Source: a virus (Duplodnaviria; Caudoviricetes). From it: 62,140 bases of DNA. The stretch covers positions 1 to 62,140 of the IMG/VR virus record IMGVR_UViG_3300031851_000023; one strand, written 5' to 3'. A program made the position numbers and the translations under genes. Numbering within the stretch: the first letter of the stretch is position 1; every line of letters begins with the position of its first letter. Shown here in pieces: positions 48,301-58,274 of the stretch. Below the pieces are notes generated by a model. The model did not search any database. It saw only the letters and a program-made list of their open reading frames with translations, and was not told where the DNA came from.

Positions 48301-51300
48301 GTAATAGATTCTCATCTTGTTCTGTAACAACAGAACTTCCATCTTCCCAATATAATTCAAACTCTTTGGTTTCGCCGTCAATATAATCAGGAAGAGTTTT
48401 AGTAACTTCTAATTTGTTTAAAACATCGTCTAGGTTATTGTAAAGAGAATTAACAGATGAAATTACATCATTACATTCTTGTGATGGAAGTAATGGATCT
48501 GGCAATATATTATAGTTTGAATATGTAAGAGTAGCAGACCAATATCCAGGTTTGTTTGAATTGATGTTCACAATTTCTACTACACCTGTTCCTTTAGCAA
48601 TGATATCTTTTACGATATCAATCATAGTAGTAATTGTAGATTCAACATCGGCACATACAGGGAATTCTGAGTCTGCAAATACTGTATTATCTGCGTAGGG
48701 AGCAATACTAGTAAAAGTTCCACTTGTCAATGTATTCCGCATTGCCAGTATCATGAGATCTCTTAACCTCTCCCATGCTGCAACTGCGGCGGTAACTTCT
48801 AATCCAGTCAGATAAGTTAATTCTTCTCCATATGGATATCCGCGATTTGTGTAGTATAGTTGAGCAAATTCAACAATTTTAGCATTTCCACCAAATCTTA
48901 AGTGATAAACAATATCATCAATTAAAAATCCTAGATCTCTAGCACACTTTGCTTTGTCTGATACAGGTAGAGCATAGTTAGCATATACAAATTCACTTAC
49001 CTCTTCCTGTAAATATTCTTTGTTGTTGGCAATTAGGGTTGAAGCATCATAGTAAGTTCCATTATTAATTCCACTGAAGAAGAAAGTTGCGCTATCAGTA
49101 GAAGCAAATGATAAAGGTACTTGTAAAATATCATTTGGATTTACTGAATAATCATCACCTGGTTGAACAGCACCAATACTAGATCCTAAAACTTCACTTC
49201 CAGAAGAAGATCCACTAAGGAAAGTGGTAGATGAAGATGCTCCACCGGCACCACCAGAGTTTGCTAGTGCTGGTTTTGATAAAGTTACTTGTGTTATGCT
49301 ATCAATAGAAACAACAATTGTATCTGGACTATATGCTCTACCTGCACTAATCGTCATGCCGATAGCAATATTATTGGTATTGCTAACTGTGACTTCTTTA
49401 GAACCTTGAATGAAAACTACAGACTCTTCAACATAATCCCAATTTCGGATTGCCAAATTTGCTAGATTTGTAGCATATTTGAAAATTGATAAAGATTCTG
49501 CTGAATTGTTCTTGATATACTCTGAACTGGTAGCAAAAATATTTGCATAGTCTACGAGTTTGCTGTTTCCACCAAATCGAATATCATGTTGGTAGGCATC
49601 AAGAATGTAACCAATATCAATGGTATAATCATCTAATTTTGTACTCCAATCCAATGAACTGTAGTATTGCTTACCATAACCAATTGATTCCTCAATAATA
49701 AATTTCTTATTTCTATCAATTTGATTGGCAGCATCAATCCATGTTCCACTGCGCTGGAAAATATTTCTTAATTTTCTAAGATAACGAGTATTATACTGAC
49801 TATCCTTAAAGTAGAAATTTCTTCCAACAAATTTTGTTCCTTTGTATTGAGATGTATCACCAACATTATTTCCTGTTAATTTATTTCCAGGACCTAAAGG
49901 AGGTGCGCTAAAAATAATATTATCTCCACTTACAGTATATGCAACTCCTGGTTCTTGTAAAATACCATCAAGAGTAACAATCAAACTTTCTACATTAACT
50001 GGAGTAAATGGTACTCCTGTATCGTCTAGTACCTGGAAAGATGTTGTTCCTTGTAACCTACCATCTGTATCAAAATACCCATCAAATGGAGCACTAAGAG
50101 TGAATGAGAAAGCACGAGTTTCATTAAAATTAAATTCTGAGGTAGCAGCAGAACCTTGACCATTACGTATTCTTGTGTTTTTAACAGTTTGAATAGTTTG
50201 AGTTGTTACTTGCTTTGTGCTTTCAACAGTAATCTTATTTTTATTTGGATCCCATAGTTGAATAATTGAGAAAGTGTCTGCCTTTTTTTCACCAGCAACT
50301 GGCATTTCAGATTGAGCAGTTGTTTCAATGTCAACTTGCCCAAATAATTTAAATCCAGCAGGGTGTGTGGTGGATTTGATTAAATCTCTCCACTGTTCAA
50401 TAGAAGTTTTTGATTTGACAACGTAAGAGTAGTCTTGGTAAAAGAAACTATCAGTTAATTTTTGATTTGCTGCTCCAAGTCTTCCTTTATCTGAAGTATA
50501 GTAACCTAAGTTATCATACGAACCTTTAGTTGTTGTGCTGAATGTTGTAATAAATGCTTTCTTGACTATGCCAGAAGCACCAGATATGTAACCATCTACA
50601 GAAACATTTTCTCTAATAATACCAACAACTTTTTCAATTTTGATTAAATTTGATCCTTGTCTGTATTCAGAAACTATTGCTCTAGAAACTTCAACTCCAT
50701 CAATTGTTTGAGTTAAAATTTCTCCTTTCTGATACACTCCATTGAAATTTTTCAATGCCAAAGTATACTTTGAAGTTACTGCTGATGATACAGTTTTATC
50801 TAAATGATAACCAGCTCCATTGTTTATGATCCTCACACTTTGAGGAATTCCAATACTTTCACTTTCAGCATACAAACTTACTGCAGATTCAATAATTATA
50901 ATCTCAGGAGCATATGTGTAACCAACACCGGGATTTTTAACGGTAATTGAGAATAACTTACCATCACGTTGAATTACGTTAAAATCCGCACCGGTTCCAT
51001 CAGAATTTGTAATAATAACTTTAGGATTTACGTAATTTGATCCAACGATATCGATATTGACACCAGTAATAATATTAGTAAATGTATCAAATAAAACTGT
51101 TGCCGATCCTCTATATGGTTCTGAAGGATCGCAACCTAAAATCAATGGAACTTTTTTGTAGTTTTGTCCTAAATTTATTACCTTAACACTGTTGATTTCA
51201 CCAATAGCAAATTGACCACTAGTGGTATATGAAACAGATCCAGAACCATCCCAAAGAGGAGTACTTAAAACATCGTATACAAAACGATTTCTTGTAACAT

Positions 51301-54300
51301 AGTTAAGTGTCTTTGTTCCTTGTAACGGATCATTGATAACTTGTAAATATGCTCCCTCTGAATTTACAATATTATTTTTGTCAAAATAATAGAAATTAAG
51401 GAAATCTGTTCCTACTTTAGTATCATAGTTATTTTGCTCTAAAGCAGGACCAAATCCAAATTTAACTGTTGTTGATGACCCAGAATTACCAGGTAAAATT
51501 GTAGTAGCAAGTTTTTCTGTAGTTAATAAATTATAACTCTTACTTGGACTCATATCAAAATATGTTCCAATCAGAGAAGAATGTGAAGTATCAAATACGT
51601 AATTATAAAACTCTTGTATATTAATATTTGGATTTGGTGTAAATGTAGTATTGTCTTCAGAAAATTCAAATTTAAAATCAATATCTCCAACAGAAACAAT
51701 AGATATTAATCTTTGCTGACTGCTTTCATCAAAAAACGATGTGCTTAATGTTATTGCTTCTGCTTCTCTCTTGTCAATACTATAATCAAATACAATAGTA
51801 GCATTCTGAGTATCTAAATCATAAGATTGAATATACCCACTGCCATTAGCAGAAGTAATTTTAAAATTATTTGAAAAATTATATCTTGGTTTGTATAAAG
51901 AAAGAGACGCTTTATTATAATGATCTACCGCAGTAGTTCCTTCTCTAGATCGAATTACTGTTAATGTATTATTATTGATAGCAGAAATTTCTACGATCTC
52001 AGATCCAATGCTTACTAAATCTCCTGTGGCAAATCCTTTTGAGGTTTTAACTTCAATGGTAGTGGAGTTAAATGAGACACCTGCATGATCAACATATAAT
52101 GCTAATCTAGAAGAACTTAAAGATGCTCCTGATCTTTGTAGTTGATCATCATCTACACCAAGATAATCTCCTCTTTGGTAATCAACACCACCATTTGTAA
52201 TAGTGATACTATTAACGACTCCAGCATCAGATACTATAATGTCCGCAATAGCACCAGAACCAGAACCTCCTGTAATTGGAATATCGGTATATGTTCCTGC
52301 TGTATAATCTGCTCCACCATTTAAATTGGTAAATCTTCCAATACCATTAAAATTAATTGTTGTTGTATTGGACGGTGGTGTAAATGTTACTTGCTGATAT
52401 AATCTTTTTCTGATATAATATGTTTTAGTTTTGGTAGCATCATCTGGAAATATGTTAATATCAACAGAGTCTCCAATTGCTAATCCATGATCTTCTGTAG
52501 TTTCTATTAAGACAACACTTTGATTTACTTCAAATGGTTCTAAGTTATCACTCAAAGAAACTAATGTAACAATTTTAGATCCAGATGTGTTGAAAAGATT
52601 ATCTGACTGAAGGTAGTAATTGTCATCAACAATCCACACACCAGACAATACTTTGATGGTAACTGTATTCTGCCTACTAGTTCCTTCTAAAATTTCGGCA
52701 GTAGCAATAGGTGCGTTGACACCATCAGTTAAACTTAATATAGCACCTTTCGTGTAATTGCTATCTTGGTCTATAGTAAGAATAAAAGTTTTGATATCAG
52801 CAGAAAAAGTTCCGGTGTTATTAAAAGTTCCTATAACATTTTTAAGTACAATCAAGTTATCGTTGGTAACAGTTCCTACGATTGAACCAGATGCTCCACT
52901 TGCCGGTTGTCTTAATGTATCATCTACAAACAAGAAAGCATTTTGAATAGTTGTTAATTTTACAACTTTGTCTTCTTTACTTTGTAAGTAATTAACTCCT
53001 TTTCCTTTAACAGATGATACTAATGCATTAACATCTCTTCCCTCGGTTCCAATATTATTAAAGTATAGTTGTGAATTAACAGAGAAATTACTAGAAGAAT
53101 TGTCAATAACGACGTTATCTACAGTTCCTGATCGTACTTCGGAAATAGTAGCTACTAATCCATCACCATTACCCAACATTCCAGGAGTAAAAAATCTTTT
53201 AGCATCTTTGGGAATATCGTTTTGATTAATTTTAGTAGTGTAATTACTATCTACTGGTAGAGAATAGAATTTGTCTCCTAAAACATATGGAAACTGTGGT
53301 ACTTGACTACTATTAATAGTAATAAAATAAGCATATGTTCCATCAGGAAAATCTGGAGTGATGCAAAAACGACCGTTGTTCTCATCCAAAGATCCACTTT
53401 TATGAGAATAAACATAGTCATTGATAAAGGATCCTAATGGATACTCTACCGGTGAAGGTCCATCTTGCCTACTTCCAGACAAAGAATAACTAGAAGTCAT
53501 TCTTACAATTGGAGAAATTTGATCTAGTGGATTCTCGTATCCAAATGGACCATAGATTGGGTTGCCATCATAAGCAAATCCCAAAATGGGAGAATGTGTT
53601 TTGTTTGTTGGTTCTGTATCTGCAGAATTTAAATTGTCGTTTAATTGAATTCTGAGTGCTTTTGGGTTAGCAACTTGACCATATCCATATTCAAGAACAT
53701 TGTTTATGTTTTCAAATACATAACCATATTGTTTGTCTAAATTTGATTCTAAACTGACATAACGATTTTTATTCCACTCTTTTAACAATGGTGTTACTTC
53801 AGCACCAGATCCAACAGAAACAATTTCTACTTGAATATTTTGTTGAGTATATAATGAACCACCAGCAATTTTAGTAAATTCTACAATAGATCCGTCCCTA
53901 TCAATTACTGTATTATATTCGGCAAATCTTCCTTTGCCAACACGATCAGTAATTCTTACAATAGGTGGTGTGGAATAAAATTTGCCAGGATTTTCAACGA
54001 TTATACTAGTTACTTCTCCACCGGTTACAACTGCTCTAGCAACACCGTCTCTTCCAGAAGTAATCTCTACTTCAGGAGTAACTGGGAATGTGATGTCAGT
54101 ATCAACAATGATACTATCAACAACTCTACCAACCATCTGTGCCCTTGCTCTTCCGGCAAGACCATCAACTACAACAAATGGAGGATTTACATATCCACGT
54201 CCTCTATTATCTACACGAATTTCTTCCAGTTTTCCAAAACGTAGACTTTCAGAATCTTTATATCCATAAATGGGAACACCATTTAATAAGATACCAACAT

Positions 54301-55858
54301 CTCTTTTTTGTGTTTTATAAACTTCTGTTGTTGCTACAGGAGTTTTTCTAAGGATTCTAAGTATTTTTTGATCCTGGACAGGTTGTGTAACAATAGGACC
54401 GTCAAAAATGTTATGCGAAGGATAACTAGACGATGTGATATAGTAATACTGATCATCTGCAAAAATAGCAGACACATTATTAGAAATACCAGCAAGAGAT
54501 TGTTCTACTGGTGTATTAGTACTCGATGTTACTGATGTTCCTGTATCCTTGATCCATCTAAGTTGATTGGTTCCGGTTAGAACAATTCTGGGGTCTGCTG
54601 TTTTAAAACCGGGTTCTGATACTTGTACAGCATCACCTGTGAATGAATACGGTTGAGAAACATCGGGCAAAGCATCATAAACAACACCCAAGGTTAGTAA
54701 TGTAACATCAGAACCTTCAATTGTAACCGGTTTGTATACAAACTCACCTTGAGAATGCTCTACAGATAAACTTCTTTCGCTAATAATAAACTGAGTTACT
54801 GTCTTATCAGAAAACTTGATAATTTCATCACCAATTAAAATTTCTCCAATAGAACTCCACCCCATGGTAGAAAATACATTAACTCTATCGCCAACCCCAA
54901 AAGATGGTGCTATGCTACTTTCTAATTTTGTTTTTGTTGAAATTTGAAATTCGCCATTGACGGTTTCGGGAGCAACAACAATATTCCAGATTACTTCACC
55001 ATCAATCGTACCTTGAGCAATAACGTTATCTACAGTAGCAGATGCATATCCATAATCATCTGTTGGAGACTGTACTATTTTCTTGCCAATTAGGTCTTTT
55101 GGATTTCCTGATACTACCTTTACCTTAAGAGCATATACATTAATCCAATCAGATTCTGAGGATTTGTATGTAAATTCTCTTGGGTGATATACTTCTGGTT
55201 TGTTCTCTACATCATCTGATATAATAGTATTAAAAATAAATTTAATAGAATCATCAGTTCCTTTTGCTTTGTAGAACTTCTGAATATTTTTAATCAGAGT
55301 TCTCTTATCTACTTCCCCTCTAAGATACTTTTCAGGGAATGAACCAAGGTATTGGTTTTCAAAATTTCTTACAAAAGCATATAAGAATAGATTACTAATA
55401 TTATATACTTCAGCACCTGCTAAATGCTCTGCTGCTGTTGTACTAGAAAAATTGGAAGAGTTGTATAGATCTCCTAACTTGGTATTTCCACTTACTCCTC
55501 TGGAGCATTTCTGTAATTGACTATCAGTGCGACTTTCGTAGAAAATAATTTCGTCATCAATTCTTACATACCCATTTTTCTCTGGAAAAGACTGAGCATC
55601 TACAAGATCAATAGTTGTATCACTAATACTAATATCAGAAGTAACAGTATCTTTTTGATTAAGTAAGTTTTTTTCGTAATAATCAATGTCGGCATACTTT
55701 TGGATGTTACTTAAAACATCTAAAGGACCACCTTGTACTTCCTGTGCTTCATAATACTTCTCTACAAACTTACCAAACAGTTCATATTCAGAAGAAATGA
55801 ATTCTGGAAGTTGGGACTCAATTAGAGTAGAAATTCTCTTAGTCTTTACAGAAGGCAT
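45365..55858 (-). CDS. gp7: Baseplate wedge initiator, giant multi-domain form (3497 aa)
   Basis: ISTLIESQLPEFI, LIKNIQKFYKAKGT..SIKFIF and LTDSFFYQDYSYVVKS...HPAGFKLFG; lies between gp6 and gp8. Confidence 0.9.
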   Translation of the reverse strand: MPSVKTKRISTLIESQLPEFISSEYELFGKFVEKYYEAQEVQGGPLDVLSNIQKYADIDYYEKNLLNQKDTVTSDISISDTTIDLVDAQSFPEKNGYVRIDDEIIFYESRTDSQLQKCSRGVSGNTKLGDLYNSSNFSSTTAAEHLAGAEVYNISNLFLYAFVRNFENQYLGSFPEKYLRGEVDKRTLIKNIQKFYKAKGTDDSIKFIFNTIISDDVENKPEVYHPREFTYKSSESDWINVYALKVKVVSGNPKDLIGKKIVQSPTDDYGYASATVDNVIAQGTIDGEVIWNIVVAPETVNGEFQISTKTKLESSIAPSFGVGDRVNVFSTMGWSSIGEILIGDEIIKFSDKTVTQFIISERSLSVEHSQGEFVYKPVTIEGSDVTLLTLGVVYDALPDVSQPYSFTGDAVQVSEPGFKTADPRIVLTGTNQLRWIKDTGTSVTSSTNTPVEQSLAGISNNVSAIFADDQYYYITSSSYPSHNIFDGPIVTQPVQDQKILRILRKTPVATTEVYKTQKRDVGILLNGVPIYGYKDSESLRFGKLEEIRVDNRGRGYVNPPFVVVDGLAGRARAQMVGRVVDSIIVDTDITFPVTPEVEITSGRDGVARAVVTGGEVTSIIVENPGKFYSTPPIVRITDRVGKGRFAEYNTVIDRDGSIVEFTKIAGGSLYTQQNIQVEIVSVGSGAEVTPLLKEWNKNRYVSLESNLDKQYGYVFENINNVLEYGYGQVANPKALRIQLNDNLNSADTEPTNKTHSPILGFAYDGNPIYGPFGYENPLDQISPIVRMTSSYSLSGSRQDGPSPVEYPLGSFINDYVYSHKSGSLDENNGRFCITPDFPDGTYAYFITINSSQVPQFPYVLGDKFYSLPVDSNYTTKINQNDIPKDAKRFFTPGMLGNGDGLVATISEVRSGTVDNVVIDNSSSNFSVNSQLYFNNIGTEGRDVNALVSSVKGKGVNYLQSKEDKVVKLTTIQNAFLFVDDTLRQPASGASGSIVGTVTNDNLIVLKNVIGTFNNTGTFSADIKTFILTIDQDSNYTKGAILSLTDGVNAPIATAEILEGTSRQNTVTIKVLSGVWIVDDNYYLQSDNLFNTSGSKIVTLVSLSDNLEPFEVNQSVVLIETTEDHGLAIGDSVDINIFPDDATKTKTYYIRKRLYQQVTFTPPSNTTTINFNGIGRFTNLNGGADYTAGTYTDIPITGGSGSGAIADIIVSDAGVVNSITITNGGVDYQRGDYLGVDDDQLQRSGASLSSSRLALYVDHAGVSFNSTTIEVKTSKGFATGDLVSIGSEIVEISAINNNTLTVIRSREGTTAVDHYNKASLSLYKPRYNFSNNFKITSANGSGYIQSYDLDTQNATIVFDYSIDKREAEAITLSTSFFDESSQQRLISIVSVGDIDFKFEFSEDNTTFTPNPNINIQEFYNYVFDTSHSSLIGTYFDMSPSKSYNLLTTEKLATTILPGNSGSSTTVKFGFGPALEQNNYDTKVGTDFLNFYYFDKNNIVNSEGAYLQVINDPLQGTKTLNYVTRNRFVYDVLSTPLWDGSGSVSYTTSGQFAIGEINSVKVINLGQNYKKVPLILGCDPSEPYRGSATVLFDTFTNIITGVNIDIVGSNYVNPKVIITNSDGTGADFNVIQRDGKLFSITVKNPGVGYTYAPEIIIIESAVSLYAESESIGIPQSVRIINNGAGYHLDKTVSSAVTSKYTLALKNFNGVYQKGEILTQTIDGVEVSRAIVSEYRQGSNLIKIEKVVGIIRENVSVDGYISGASGIVKKAFITTFSTTTKGSYDNLGYYTSDKGRLGAANQKLTDSFFYQDYSYVVKSKTSIEQWRDLIKSTTHPAGFKLFGQVDIETTAQSEMPVAGEKKADTFSIIQLWDPNKNKITVESTKQVTTQTIQTVKNTRIRNGQGSAATSEFNFNETRAFSFTLSAPFDGYFDTDGRLQGTTSFQVLDDTGVPFTPVNVESLIVTLDGILQEPGVAYTVSGDNIIFSAPPLGPGNKLTGNNVGDTSQYKGTKFVGRNFYFKDSQYNTRYLRKLRNIFQRSGTWIDAANQIDRNKKFIIEESIGYGKQYYSSLDWSTKLDDYTIDIGYILDAYQHDIRFGGNSKLVDYANIFATSSEYIKNNSAESLSIFKYATNLANLAIRNWDYVEESVVFIQGSKEVTVSNTNNIAIGMTISAGRAYSPDTIVVSIDSITQVTLSKPALANSGGAGGASSSTTFLSGSSSGSEVLGSSIGAVQPGDDYSVNPNDILQVPLSFASTDSATFFFSGINNGTYYDASTLIANNKEYLQEEVSEFVYANYALPVSDKAKCARDLGFLIDDIVYHLRFGGNAKIVEFAQLYYTNRGYPYGEELTYLTGLEVTAAVAAWERLRDLMILAMRNTLTSGTFTSIAPYADNTVFADSEFPVCADVESTITTMIDIVKDIIAKGTGVVEIVNINSNKPGYWSATLTYSNYNILPDPLLPSQECNDVISSVNSLYNNLDDVLNKLEVTKTLPDYIDGETKEFELYWEDGSSVVTEQDENLLLSINAVLQETKYNANYPGDDSYYIDRTVIPNKLKFDIAPIWDQYAGARTLGEATAVEKVVGIGVGNYKRMTLDKNLVNNVRTGPFLILDLEDLTVVNVEEPDYLLVFIDGVLQKNIDSYTVSGPNIFFKFPITEQMKVDMRYLYGRDVGQVLNLFDFNTDLYYLNGVINLEITSGLSDFLGNRWMGIRRGSPIHAYQINDDGTYNVIGQVSDPTVSGSTLSLKVFGYKCDLIQGRDVYFSIARKYEINTIVGLNSSGSSIVYETDNDGRSVLRGIDQNWRGTYWRKVYKNPFISLSNNSLIKVEGEDKFRKIKELPSKLTSKEQRSQQQVSNSYFGQVEVQAYNGITRGEGLSIVAKIENGVVVDLDWNQRSYDPITQPTAYQYYTPPVINFIPENGEGGGARAQVLVSKGQVISVELIEGGSGYTKAPKVVVARRYDVLEETDIGVSLINARMNLEQSLGLSVIFTSIDVISNQAASVQAITSTLVDSPLIIDTKLIDIITPAEETVSEDLSAKLDEVLTTFHTEQQAAPVDTFHGGTVINVRISTPYIVGIDSSSTLTTSAAREITSSIANVINNTALTNINYFEVGAFLDTTLTINDTVIYVGNTDKFKTNGYLLIGTEIVRYFRKINDRFLNVERGQENTTAQEWIAGTFLRQIPDPVSLTYGGITVVESESSLVTINAGAKVFAAGQSQKQIITPTVKVQKVSRQSIANIQPQFNVASISSVETVVNYKLETPSSNIQSFTTSVRQTNFKNTIQTVQSELDITKQELQVLLITPPSGAVDGYEESVFVVDPIKTRIGEVDLIDINGRYYVTQRNTTEILISNRTFGEDTGYVGNYTKTNLGHTIKHFDGLFDDGACNVSSLSILELTSYYPSLTVNDFAERGNSSYTLVGDKFTLMPPSIQNPVAISSSNGTIGGSIVVQDTTYFPNNGYLFTSGGTVIQYTSKTETQFDGCTLYSGPNSINSAEELVPFTIS

Positions 55859-55863
55859 TTACT

Positions 55864-57660
55864 TTACTCTTTGTATGCAGTGAACGATGAATTGGCAACG
55901 TCAACGTCAAGGTATACCTCACGGAGTGCCTTGATATCATTAAGAAGTGGTTTTACTCTAACAGAAATGCGGTTGTCGAAGAATGATCCTTTTATGATAG
56001 TAAGAGCATACATTTTCAACTCACCTTTTTCATAATCAATATCTCCAACATTACTGTCTAGAACAACTTTTTCGCCGGTTACGCTATCTATTCTATATAG
56101 GACAATTTTGCTATCCCTATCTTCCAAATATACATCAAACGTAGGGTATTCTGTTACCCTAAAACCAGTTGATGACAGGGTAGGTTCTTCGCAATCTTTA
56201 TCAAAAGCATTTTGAAAACATACTTCATAATAGAAAGTAGAATTGAGACTAGGATAAAAATCCTTCCTCATAGTTACTTCTGTTAAATTTGAATTGATTG
56301 CTGGGTCTGCATCATCAATAACGCTGACTAACTTACTAAATCTAAACTTGCCATTAAATTTTTCTATATCGGATACATCAAGATATGATTGTACGGAACC
56401 AATTACTTTGTCTCTGATTTGTGGTGGTTTTAAATCTGTTGATTCACCATTGTAAAAAATCTTGGAAGTTAACTCAACAAATAAAATTGATGGGTCTACA
56501 ATAACGGGTCTAACAGAAGCAACCATATACTTCTTTAGATCTGAAATAATTTCTTGTTTTGTCAATGACGATAGAAAAGATGCGTCAGTTGGTTTCAATA
56601 CAATAAAAACTTTACCATACTCAGGTGGATCTTGATCTTCGCCACCAAAAATAATAATATCACTTACTGATGGATATACTTTACGAATGATAGCAGAGTA
56701 ATCTTGAGCAGTTACAGCACGATCCTGTGTGCCATACATTTTTGGAGCATTTGTCTTGATATTCTTAATAGACTCTTTTTCTTCTCCACCAGAAGAAGAT
56801 ACTACATTAGTAATAATAGTACTAAAAGAGTTTGGCGATGCACCATTTTGATTTTCAATAACACCAGAAAACACAAATGTTCTAACACCATTAGACTCTG
56901 GTCCTGATGTTGTGATGTAAGATACTTCTACTCTAGATCCATTATCAACTTTCTTACCTAAAACACCATCACCCAATAAAATTTCGTATCTATCATCTTC
57001 AATCTCTTCAATGAAGAAAACTTTTGATGTAGAATCTACATTTAAAATATTATCGGCAACGAGATATGACTCGTTAAAATTACCACCAGAGGGATATACC
57101 TTTACTCTAATAGTATTAGTGTCAATGTTTTGGTTGTCAAGAACAAATTTTTGTGATTTTAATGATGTGTTAACAGTAAACGTGTTGAGAATCTGTGTTC
57201 CTTCTCTAACTTCAACATTATCAAATGTTGCAACGTCGTTAACTACTTGTCCTGTTACATCCTCTAATGTGATGTATTGATAAATGTTGTTGTCATATGA
57301 ACTGATAAATCCTGTTCCTTTCTTCAGTAGGAGTTCAGTATCAGTTGTTGGTGACCCATAAGTTATATTAAAAGAAACATACGCAGTAGGAGAGGTGATA
57401 CCTTTGGGTCTGTATCCTAATTGCTTCGCAATCGCTACTACGTTGTCTCTTAAGGTGGCAGAATCAATGAATAGTTCATTGACTACCAGATTAGCATTAA
57501 ACGCCGTATAATACGTATTATAGGCAAGTGTGTCAATTAATGTTGATAGGACTGATCCATCAAAATCATAGTCAGTAAAATCTGACTGTGCTCTGATATA
57601 TTCTTTCAGAGCAACTTTGATATCTTCAAAGTCTAAATTAGCAACCTGAGTATATGGCAT
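55864..57660 (-). CDS. gp6: Baseplate wedge subunit
   Basis: LDFEDIK, DYDFDGS.LSTLIDTLAYNTYY, FIDSATLRDNVV.IAK.LGY, QDRAVTAQDY. Confidence 0.97.
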   Translation of the reverse strand: MPYTQVANLDFEDIKVALKEYIRAQSDFTDYDFDGSVLSTLIDTLAYNTYYTAFNANLVVNELFIDSATLRDNVVAIAKQLGYRPKGITSPTAYVSFNITYGSPTTDTELLLKKGTGFISSYDNNIYQYITLEDVTGQVVNDVATFDNVEVREGTQILNTFTVNTSLKSQKFVLDNQNIDTNTIRVKVYPSGGNFNESYLVADNILNVDSTSKVFFIEEIEDDRYEILLGDGVLGKKVDNGSRVEVSYITTSGPESNGVRTFVFSGVIENQNGASPNSFSTIITNVVSSSGGEEKESIKNIKTNAPKMYGTQDRAVTAQDYSAIIRKVYPSVSDIIIFGGEDQDPPEYGKVFIVLKPTDASFLSSLTKQEIISDLKKYMVASVRPVIVDPSILFVELTSKIFYNGESTDLKPPQIRDKVIGSVQSYLDVSDIEKFNGKFRFSKLVSVIDDADPAINSNLTEVTMRKDFYPSLNSTFYYEVCFQNAFDKDCEEPTLSSTGFRVTEYPTFDVYLEDRDSKIVLYRIDSVTGEKVVLDSNVGDIDYEKGELKMYALTIIKGSFFDNRISVRVKPLLNDIKALREVYLDVDVANSSFTAYKE

Positions 57661-58052
57661 TATCGTGTGCGCTCTAAGAAGAATTCTACTGCTACTGGTG
57701 TATCGTCTCTACCTACGATCGTGTACGATAATTCAACTTCATATCCATTACTCATCTCGTCTGGTATGCAGTTAATAGTATTAACACGAATTCGTGGTTC
57801 GTAACGATTCAATACATCTGCGATCTCTGATCTGAGAATACCAGCACTACCATAATCTAATGGTTCAAATAATATATTTTGAATATCACAACCTAATTCC
57901 GGTTGAAATGGTCTTTCTCCCTTCCTAGTAAGGAGTAAGGCAGTAATCGATTGAACGATAGCTGCCTTATCTTTTACCGTTACTAAATCATCACTTACAG
58001 GATGCTTCTTAAAGGTAATACTCAGATCTTTAAATGTCTGAAAGGTCGGCAT
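57660..58052 (-). CDS. gp25: Baseplate wedge subunit (gp25 family)
   Basis: LLLTRKGERPFQPELG...LFEP and YEPRI; late promoter GATAAATA at 58077-58084. Confidence 0.95.
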   Translation of the reverse strand: MPTFQTFKDLSITFKKHPVSDDLVTVKDKAAIVQSITALLLTRKGERPFQPELGCDIQNILFEPLDYGSAGILRSEIADVLNRYEPRIRVNTINCIPDEMSNGYEVELSYTIVGRDDTPVAVEFFLERTR

Positions 58053-58082
58053 CTAGACACAGCAGTAGGCTGTTACTATTTA

Positions 58083-58274
58083 TCACTTACCAACGAATCC
58101 ATCTGCCCATTCTTGAGAATCAAAAACCTCTTCGTTCTTTGCTTTGTTACGATTACGTTTTGCTGACATGTTTAGATACTTATCACTATCAGTCTCGGTG
58201 ATCAGTGTCATACCTTCATTAACAAAGTCTTCACCTTTGTCAACTGATCCGTCTAAGTGGTTAGGGTGTCCCAT
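58083..58274 (-). CDS. Hypothetical 63-aa protein
   Basis: ORF tiling upstream of gp25; GGAG Shine-Dalgarno. Confidence 0.7.
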   Translation of the reverse strand: MGHPNHLDGSVDKGEDFVNEGMTLITETDSDKYLNMSAKRNRNKAKNEEVFDSQEWADGFVGK

